Part shown: positions 7,298 to 12,958 of the stretch, in pieces | Position numbering within the stretch: the first letter of the stretch is position 1 | How the letters are laid out: each line of letters starts with the position of its first letter | NCBI GenBank assembly: GCA_039683575.1 | Contig: JBDKRC010000291.1 | Span: 1 to 12,958, forward strand | DNA: 12,958 nucleotides | Origin: Armatimonadia bacterium | GTDB lineage: Bacteria; Armatimonadota; Zipacnadia; Zipacnadales; UBA11051 | Reading direction: 5' to 3' | Notes under the pieces: generated by a model | Databases searched by the model: none | Told to the model about the DNA's origin: nothing | The model's input: the letters and a program-made list of their open reading frames with translations, nothing else | Made by a program: the position numbers and the translations under genes

Positions 7298-8371
7298 CTA
7301 GTCGGGCACTGTCTTGTGCAATCCGTACGCGATCGCCCGCAAGTGCCCCAGTTCACACAGAAACGGGGCAGGCGCCCCGGCGTCTTCACCAGCTAACAGC
7401 GCGTGCGCGGGGCAGGTGCGGCAGAGTTGCGGCCAGTTGCAGCCGCGACACCGGTCACTGTGGGCGTCGATGCCCGCCAGCAACTCCGGCAACCGCGCCC
7501 AGCCTTCCTTAACGCTTCCCTTACGCAAGTCGTATCCGGGTTCAGCCAGCATCAAACACGGCCGCAGCATTCCATACGGGTCCACATGGAAGTCGCGTTC
7601 TCCCACGCGGCACCGGAAGATCCGGTGGTCATCCGGCTCAGGCGCCCGGAAATGCTCGAGCAGTCGCCTCCACTCCGCCACTCGCACCGGGTCAGCCAGC
7701 TCCAACTGCAGCACGTCCGCCGGCGTCAGACGCTCCGCCTCAGGGTTGCCTCCGCTCTCGGGCAGACACCCCGTCAGTTCCGCATCCCACTTGAATATAG
7801 CTTGGTAGCGACCAGACTGTGCTCTCAAGGCCGCGAGTTCGTGTACATTGCGTCGCGTGATGACCGTCTTGACCTCAACCTTGACACCGGCGGCGACAAG
7901 CAGGTCCACTCCCGCCAGAACCCGGGCGTGTAGCCCCTCGCGCCCTGTCATTAGCCGGTAGGTCTCCTCGCTGGCGCCATACAGGGTTATCGAGACCTGC
8001 CGCGGCGTCCACTCCGCCAGGAAGGCGACAGTCTCCTCGTCAAGCAGGAAGGCGTTGGTGAAAAGCTCCGGCAGTATGCCGCGCTGGACCGCCGCCAGCC
8101 AAATGCCCCGGAAATCGGGTCTCAGCAGGGGCTCGCCACCAGTCAGCGTCAGGAAGAGCACCCCTTCATCCGCCGCCTGGCCCAGGATCCTGTCCCACTC
8201 CTGCAGCGTCAACTCCGGCCGGGGCGTCGGGCCACCCTCGGGCAGCCGGCAAAAGCAGTGGGCGCATCCGAAGTTGCAGCGGTAGGTCAACTCGGCACTC
8301 ATCGTCAGCGGATGCCGCCTACCGTCAGCCTCCAGGCGCTCAAACAGGTCGTCAACCGTCATGGTCCTCAC
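7298..8371 (-). CDS. Radical SAM/SPASM domain peptide maturase
   Basis: CNFGCAHC (CxxxCxxC), TGGEP and ELFTNA. SPASM cysteines C-x12-G-x4-C and C-x2-C-x5-C-x2-C-x18-C. GTG start overlaps the PqqD stop (GTGA); ATG 8362 is an alternative start. Confidence 0.95.
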   Translation of the reverse strand: MRTMTVDDLFERLEADGRRHPLTMSAELTYRCNFGCAHCFCRLPEGGPTPRPELTLQEWDRILGQAADEGVLFLTLTGGEPLLRPDFRGIWLAAVQRGILPELFTNAFLLDEETVAFLAEWTPRQVSITLYGASEETYRLMTGREGLHARVLAGVDLLVAAGVKVEVKTVITRRNVHELAALRAQSGRYQAIFKWDAELTGCLPESGGNPEAERLTPADVLQLELADPVRVAEWRRLLEHFRAPEPDDHRIFRCRVGERDFHVDPYGMLRPCLMLAEPGYDLRKGSVKEGWARLPELLAGIDAHSDRCRGCNWPQLCRTCPAHALLAGEDAGAPAPFLCELGHLRAIAYGLHKTVPD

Positions 8372-8682
8372 GGCTGAACCACCAGACCGCGTTGGACGAG
8401 ATCATCCAGAAGTTCCTGAACGTCCTTCCGCAGGTCCTCTTCGTCCACCTCATACTCCTCGGCCAGCGCCGCCACCAGGGCGTCCAGGTCTCGGGCCTGC
8501 GCCAGGAGTTCCCACACCGCCTGGGCGGTCTCGTTGAGCAGATAGACCTTCTGCAGGTCCACACCGGTTTGGTGCAGCGGCATCAGAAGGTGCTCTCCAG
8601 CTACCTCCCTCGCGACGACGCCCGCAGCTTGCTTGTATATTATCACTTCAATCGCCCGCCCCTGCCGTGCTCGTGATCTCAT
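8368..8682 (-). CDS. PqqD family protein (stand-alone RiPP recognition element)
   Basis: VVAREVAGEHLLMP, YLLNETAQAVWELL, LAEEYEVD and DVQELLDDLVQRGLV match the PqqD/RRE pattern. Start is ATG 8682 or GTG 8646. Confidence 0.93.
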   Translation of the reverse strand: MRSRARQGRAIEVIIYKQAAGVVAREVAGEHLLMPLHQTGVDLQKVYLLNETAQAVWELLAQARDLDALVAALAEEYEVDEEDLRKDVQELLDDLVQRGLVVQP

Positions 8683-8764
8683 CGTCCCCCGATTACCCCC
8701 CGAACTCTAGCCGCCCTGATCGCGTCATGAAGATGTAGAAAACCGACGATTGCAGGGAGGCATC

Positions 8765-9001
8765 ATGAGTCAGCAAACTATTCAACTGCAGATTAGCGGT
8801 ATGACCTGCCAGCACTGCGCGGACACTGTTCAGCGAGCTCTGCTTAGCCATGACGGTGTCTTCAGCGCCGCCATTAACATGCGCGAGGCCCGTGCCACGG
8901 TGAGCTATGATACAGAACTGACCAACCCGCAGGACCTGCTCACGGCAGTCCAGGGGGAAGGCTACGACGCGAAGGTCGCTGAGCCTGCCTCAGCCCGCTA
9001 A
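8765..9001 (+). CDS. copZ: Heavy-metal-associated (HMA) domain protein, CopZ-like metallochaperone
   Basis: GMTCQHC metal-binding motif in a 78-aa single domain. GGGAGG RBS before ATG 8765. Confidence 0.88.
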   Translation: MSQQTIQLQISGMTCQHCADTVQRALLSHDGVFSAAINMREARATVSYDTELTNPQDLLTAVQGEGYDAKVAEPASAR

Positions 9002-9107
9002 GGTCATCGTGGCCAGCCCGCTATCACCCCGGTCAGAGGCAGGAGCCCGTGCGCCTGCGTGAGGTGAGGCGGGTGCCCTCGTCCTGCAGCCTCAAGCACC
9101 GTTTACC

Positions 9108-9139
9108 AGGTACGTCCGGCACCAGTGCCGGGCGTACCT
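9108..9139. terminator. Long inverted repeat between convergent genes (possible bidirectional terminator or REP-like hairpin)
   Basis: AGGTACGTCCGGCAC-CA-GTGCCGGGCGTACCT: 15-nt arms with one mismatch (G-U pair on the plus strand). No clear poly-U tract. Confidence 0.45.
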
Positions 9140-9176
9140 AGCAGTCAAACAACTAACGGCCGCCCCCAGGTCCCTC

Positions 9177-10124
9177 TCAACTCGTCTTCTGGTCACCCTC
9201 CAGCGGCAAACTCGTCTGGCCTTCCTTGAAGGCATCGCCGATGGCCGCCACCGCCCCTAGTACGCCTACTGACTCAAGCGGTAGGAACACCTTCGTCGCC
9301 TTCCCGTTGGCGATCCGGCTCAGTGCCTCGAGGTACTTGATCGCCAGCAGGTCCGGCGTCGGCTGCCCGTCGTGGATGGCCTGGAACACGCTCCGGATGG
9401 CCTGCGCCTCACCTTCGGCCACGGTCCGCTCGCGGAATTGCTCAGCTTCTGCAACCTTGCGGATGGCCTCCGCCTCACCCTCTGCGCGGTTGATCCGTGA
9501 CTGCCGCTCACCCTCAGCCGCGAGGATCTGGGACTGCTTGATACCCTCGGCTTCGAGGATGGCCGCGCGCTTGTCACGCTCGGCCTTCATCTGCCTGCTC
9601 ATGGCCTCGGTGATGTCCCGCGGCGGCTCGATGCTCTGCAATTCCACCCGCGTCACGCGCACGCCCCACTTGTCGGTGGCGTCATCCATGATCTGACGCA
9701 GTTGCGCGTTGATGCGTTCCCGCGAAACCAGCGCCTCATCAATCTGCATCTCGCCGATGATGTTGCGCAGGTTCGTCTGGGCCAGCTTGATCGCGGCGAG
9801 CCGGAAGTCCGTCACGTTATAGATGTTCCGGAAGGGATCGGTGACCTCGAAGTAGATGACGGCGTCCACCGTCAGCGTCGCATTGTCCGAGGTAATAACC
9901 GTCTGCGGCGCCACATCCAGCACCGTCTCACGCATGTCCACATAGATGATGGACTGCACAAAGGGGAACACCAATGTCAGGCCGGGCTCGGCCACCCGCG
10001 TAAACTTCCCGAAAGTGGCCACAACGCCGCGCTGGTACTGACGGATCACGTACACCGACTTGGCGATCACGATTACGACCAGTATGGCCAGTACAATGGT
10101 TGCGAAAGTCTGTCCCTCAGACAT
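9177..10124 (-). CDS. SPFH/band 7 (stomatin-like, QmcA-type) membrane protein
   Basis: N-terminal TM helix, QTVITSDNA, LRNIIGEM, WGVRVTRVE, AMSRQMKAERDKRA and AEGE coiled-coil repeats. AAGGAGG RBS. Confidence 0.95.
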   Translation of the reverse strand: MSEGQTFATIVLAILVVIVIAKSVYVIRQYQRGVVATFGKFTRVAEPGLTLVFPFVQSIIYVDMRETVLDVAPQTVITSDNATLTVDAVIYFEVTDPFRNIYNVTDFRLAAIKLAQTNLRNIIGEMQIDEALVSRERINAQLRQIMDDATDKWGVRVTRVELQSIEPPRDITEAMSRQMKAERDKRAAILEAEGIKQSQILAAEGERQSRINRAEGEAEAIRKVAEAEQFRERTVAEGEAQAIRSVFQAIHDGQPTPDLLAIKYLEALSRIANGKATKVFLPLESVGVLGAVAAIGDAFKEGQTSLPLEGDQKTS

Positions 10125-10141
10125 CTCGGCCTCCTTGTCGG

Positions 10142-10588
10142 CTAGCTTTCAAGCGGCTTTACCAGGAGTGTCGTTCCCTCGACGCCGGTAATGATGACCC
10201 GGGAATCTACCTGAATCACACTGTCACTGCGCGCCCGCCATTCATCAGACCGCATTCGCACCCGGCCCGTGTTGGCCTGGTTATCAACGACCTCCAGCAC
10301 CACGGCCTGCTGCCCGATCAGGCTGTCAACGTTGGAGGGCACCGTTACGCGCCCATGGATGCTGCGCGCAAGGGGCCGGCTCACGGCCAGCAGGATAGCC
10401 GAGACAACCGCGAAGACCAGCCACTGCACCCACGCCTGGCCGAAAAGCAGCGCCGCCAGCGCCGTCAGGAGCGCACCGGCGCCGATCCACATCAGGAAGA
10501 AGCTGCCGATGAAGACCTCCAGGATCAGCAACACCAGTCCGGCAATCATCCACGCAAGTGCAGGGCTCATGACAGTCGCCTCCGGCAT
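10142..10588 (-). CDS. NfeD family protein (YbbJ-type partner of SPFH protein)
   Basis: Hydrophobic N-terminal helices (W...GLVLLILE) and a C-terminal OB-fold (LIGQQAVV, GRVRMRSDEWRA, VEGTTLLV). Canonical nfeD-SPFH gene pair. AGGAG RBS. Confidence 0.93.
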   Translation of the reverse strand: MPEATVMSPALAWMIAGLVLLILEVFIGSFFLMWIGAGALLTALAALLFGQAWVQWLVFAVVSAILLAVSRPLARSIHGRVTVPSNVDSLIGQQAVVLEVVDNQANTGRVRMRSDEWRARSDSVIQVDSRVIITGVEGTTLLVKPLES

Positions 10589-10693
10589 AACGAGATGCTC
10601 CTGACCCGCCCCCCAACTCCATCGATATTCTACATTCTACATCCGCGCCCGCCCAAATACCACACGGTTCACTCGGAAATGGCAGGGCACCAC

Positions 10694-11482
10694 TCATTCG
10701 AGACCAAGAGCCTCGGCTACATTGGTCCACGATATGCGCCTTTGTACCTCTTCTGGAACGTTGTTCTCGTCCAGCATGTTCCGGTAAGCATCGATAAGCG
10801 GCGCGAAGCCCTCCGGGCTGCCCTCGCTGCCAAAGACGAGCTTGCCGAAGTGGTTCTCGCCCCCGTAGAACATCTCTCCAAAGCTGCAGATGGTGCTCCA
10901 GCGCTTTCCTGAGACATCTATCCCACAGAGGTCGAAGTGAACGTGGGGGTGGACGCGCGTCAGCATGGCTGCATGCCAGGTGTCCGGCACGCCGAGGTGG
11001 GCTGCCCAGATCGTGAGCGTGGGGAAGACGCGGGCGATCCGGTCGAGCGTCAGCGGCATCATGTACCTGCTGGAGCTGTTCCAGTGGTCATGGTTGGGGA
11101 AACGGGCGCTGATGCCGCAGTGGAACAGAATCGGCATCCGGCATTCCTCCGCGGCGGCATACACCGGGAAGAAGGCCTCATCGTCGTAGTTCGCTGTGGG
11201 ACACTGGGTCTTGAGGGCCCGGAACCCGGCCCGGTACCAGGCGTAGACTTGGGCGGCGGTATCCTCGCCGAGGTTGCAGAAGGCCACGGGGACGATCGTA
11301 CCGGGATGGGCTTCAGCGGCCGTCAGAACGTCGTTATTGTCATGTTGGCGCCAGCGAGGCCCGCCGCCGTTGAGGCAAAAGTGACTGACCCCGGCGGCCT
11401 GGCCCTGCTCGAGCATCTGGTCGAGGAAGCCCTCTGTTAGTTGATAGTGACAGTGGTTGTCGATGATGGGAAAGGGAGCCAT
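10694..11482 (-). CDS. Amidohydrolase family protein (Amidohydro_2-like metal-dependent TIM barrel)
   Basis: IIDNHCH (DxHxH), GFRALK, PILFHCG, AHLG and LVFGSE motifs. ATG 11482 taken as start. Confidence 0.88.
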   Translation of the reverse strand: MAPFPIIDNHCHYQLTEGFLDQMLEQGQAAGVSHFCLNGGGPRWRQHDNNDVLTAAEAHPGTIVPVAFCNLGEDTAAQVYAWYRAGFRALKTQCPTANYDDEAFFPVYAAAEECRMPILFHCGISARFPNHDHWNSSSRYMMPLTLDRIARVFPTLTIWAAHLGVPDTWHAAMLTRVHPHVHFDLCGIDVSGKRWSTICSFGEMFYGGENHFGKLVFGSEGSPEGFAPLIDAYRNMLDENNVPEEVQRRISWTNVAEALGLE

Positions 11483-11622
11483 GTAGCATCGATTCGCGAG
11501 GCCGGTCATTGAAACCTGCCTTGCGGGAAGGAATTGGTGCGGGTCTAAGGGAAATACCTAGTTTAGCGCGTACTGATATTCGCCGCCGGGCCGCCGGCGG
11601 TTACTGTTCCCGGGAGTGGCTC

Positions 11623-12546
11623 ATGCGTATCATTGTAACTGGCGGAGCGGGGTTTATTGGTTCAAACATAGTTAACCGATGTAACGATTTGGGGCATGAA
11701 ACGGCCATCATTGATAACTTCGTTACGGGCCGGAGGGCCAACCTCGACCCGCGGGCGAAGTTGTATGAGGTGGACATCACCGACCGGCAGGCCCTGCAGC
11801 AGGTATTCGAAGACTTCCGGCCGCAGATCGTGGACCACCATGCGGCGCAGATTGACGTCCGCAAGGCCGTGGCAGACCCGGCCTTTGATGCGGGTGTCAA
11901 CGTGCTCGGCGGCCTGAACGTGGTCCAGGCGGCCATGAGCGTGGGGATCGAGAAGTTCATCTACGCCTCCACCGGCGGGGCGGTGTATGGCAATCCGGAG
12001 GTCATCCCGTGCGCGGAGGACCATCCGATCCGGCCGATTTCGCCATACGGGGTCTCCAAGCACGTCCTGGAGCACTATCTGGAACTCTACCGCATCCTTG
12101 ACGGGCTAACCTACACCGTATTGCGGTATGCGAACGTGTTCGGGCCGCGCCAGGACCCCAAGGGCGAAGCCGGTGTCAACGCCATCTTCACCGGGATGAT
12201 GCTGGCGGGAGAAAGGCCCACGATCTTCGGCAAGGGTGACAAGACCCGGGACTATGTCTACGTCGGGGACATCGTGGAGGCCAATATGCTGGCCCTGGAG
12301 CGCGGCGCTGGCGAGATTGTGAATATCGGCACCGGCGTTCAGACCACCGATCAGGAAGTCTACGATGCCATTGCCGCCGCCGTGGGCTACACCGAGCCAC
12401 CCCTCTACACCGAGGAGCGCAAGGGAGAGGTCCGGCACATAGCCCTCGACGCCGGCAAGGCCAAGCGCGTGCTCGGCTGGGAGCCAAAGGTGAGCTTCCG
12501 CGAGGGGGCGCGGTTGACGGTGGAGTACAACAGAACGCAAGTCTAG
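11623..12546 (+). CDS. NAD-dependent epimerase/dehydratase (UDP-glucose 4-epimerase-like extended SDR)
   Basis: TGGAGFIGS, HHAAQ, ASTGGAVYG, YGVSK (YxxxK), LRYANVFGPRQ and RDYVYVGD. GGGAG RBS before ATG 11623. Confidence 0.95.
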   Translation: MRIIVTGGAGFIGSNIVNRCNDLGHETAIIDNFVTGRRANLDPRAKLYEVDITDRQALQQVFEDFRPQIVDHHAAQIDVRKAVADPAFDAGVNVLGGLNVVQAAMSVGIEKFIYASTGGAVYGNPEVIPCAEDHPIRPISPYGVSKHVLEHYLELYRILDGLTYTVLRYANVFGPRQDPKGEAGVNAIFTGMMLAGERPTIFGKGDKTRDYVYVGDIVEANMLALERGAGEIVNIGTGVQTTDQEVYDAIAAAVGYTEPPLYTEERKGEVRHIALDAGKAKRVLGWEPKVSFREGARLTVEYNRTQV

Positions 12547-12559
12547 GCATATACCTCTC

Positions 12560-12625
12560 CGCGTAGGCGGGTTCGTCTCGAACCCGCGCCGGTGGTTGTG
12601 GGTGCGAGACGCACCCACCTACGCG
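12560..12625. repeat. GTAG-family REP doublet (REPIN-like): two inverted palindromic units with a 10-nt spacer
   Basis: GTAG-GCGGGTTCG-TCT-CGAACCCGC (12563-12587, plus strand) and GTAG-GTGGGTGCG-TCT-CGCACCCAC (12622-12598, minus strand). Each is a perfect 9-bp stem. Confidence 0.75.
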
Positions 12626-12648
12626 TGATCAGGTTAGGATATCTCGCG

Positions 12649-12958
12649 ATGGCCGAGCAGACCGTGAAGGCGATGGTGCTGGAGCAAGTGGGGCAGCCGC
12701 TGGTGCTGCGGGAATTTCCCGTGCCTGCGGTAGAGCCCGGCGCGGTGCTGATGCGGGTGCTGGCCGCCGGTATCTGCGGCTCGGACTTGGATATCACCTC
12801 CGGCAAGGACCCGCGGGTGGCCCTGCCGATGATCCTGGGGCATGAGGGCATAGGGGAGATTGTGGCCGTTGGCGGAGAGTAGCGGGACCTGTTTGGGCGG
12901 CCTGTTCTGCTGGGTGATATGATTGCGTTCGACAGGGGGCTGACGTGCGGTAAGTGCG
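12649..12958 (+). pseudogene. Zinc-dependent alcohol dehydrogenase (MDR family), interrupted by in-frame TAG at 12880-12882, running off the window end
   Basis: GICGSD and ILGHEGIGEI motifs. After the TAG the same frame continues RDLFGRPVLLGDMIAFDRGLTCGKC, with the expected GD and structural-zinc CGxC motifs. Could be a true nonsense allele or a sequence error. Confidence 0.7.

Noticed and set aside
4418-8682. Lasso peptide cluster
   Set aside because: The RRE, kinase, nucleotidyltransferase and WxxP leader are lasso-like. However, there is no Asn-synthetase-like cyclase or transglutaminase-like B2 protease in the window, no Thr at -2, and no Asp/Glu at core positions 7-9.
7298-8682. PQQ (pqqDE) or mycofactocin biosynthesis
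   Set aside because: No pqqB/pqqC or mft genes in the window, and the peptides lack the PqqA ExxxY and MftA IDGxCGVY motifs.
10627-10642. Short duplicated heptamer (ATGTAGA x2, minus strand) with TAGAAT upstream of nfeD
   Set aside because: Could be a -10 element, but it is too short and lacks a -35, so it cannot be supported as a feature.
12880-12882. Genome-wide TAG reassignment
   Set aside because: TAG terminates the SOD, hydrolase, rSAM, both precursors, NfeD and epimerase at their expected C-termini.

Overview
High-GC bacterial window; the taxon cannot be determined from the sequence. The main feature is a compact RiPP (ribosomally synthesised, post-translationally modified peptide) cluster at about 4418-8682. 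On the minus strand it encodes a stand-alone PqqD/RRE protein, a radical SAM/SPASM maturase, two tandem paralogous 48-aa precursor peptides, an HprK-like P-loop kinase and a soluble S24/S26-family peptidase. A convergent NTP_transf_5-like nucleotidyltransferase faces them on the plus strand. The precursors (7066-7212 and 6842-6988) are not correctly called in the ORF track. Both have a WxxPEV leader and a CW-x10-CG-x3-CA core. The cluster combines lasso-type tailoring genes with a radical SAM enzyme and has no lasso cyclase. Left flank: a perfect TCAACGA heptamer array, a lipoprotein, a Tat-exported Fe/Mn superoxide dismutase, and a GH42-like hydrolase with an apparently circularly permuted CBM insert. 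Right flank: a CopZ-like protein, an SPFH/NfeD pair, an amidohydrolase, an NAD-dependent epimerase, a GTAG-type REP doublet, and a Zn-dependent dehydrogenase interrupted by an in-frame TAG. All family calls come from motif recognition by eye, not database searches.
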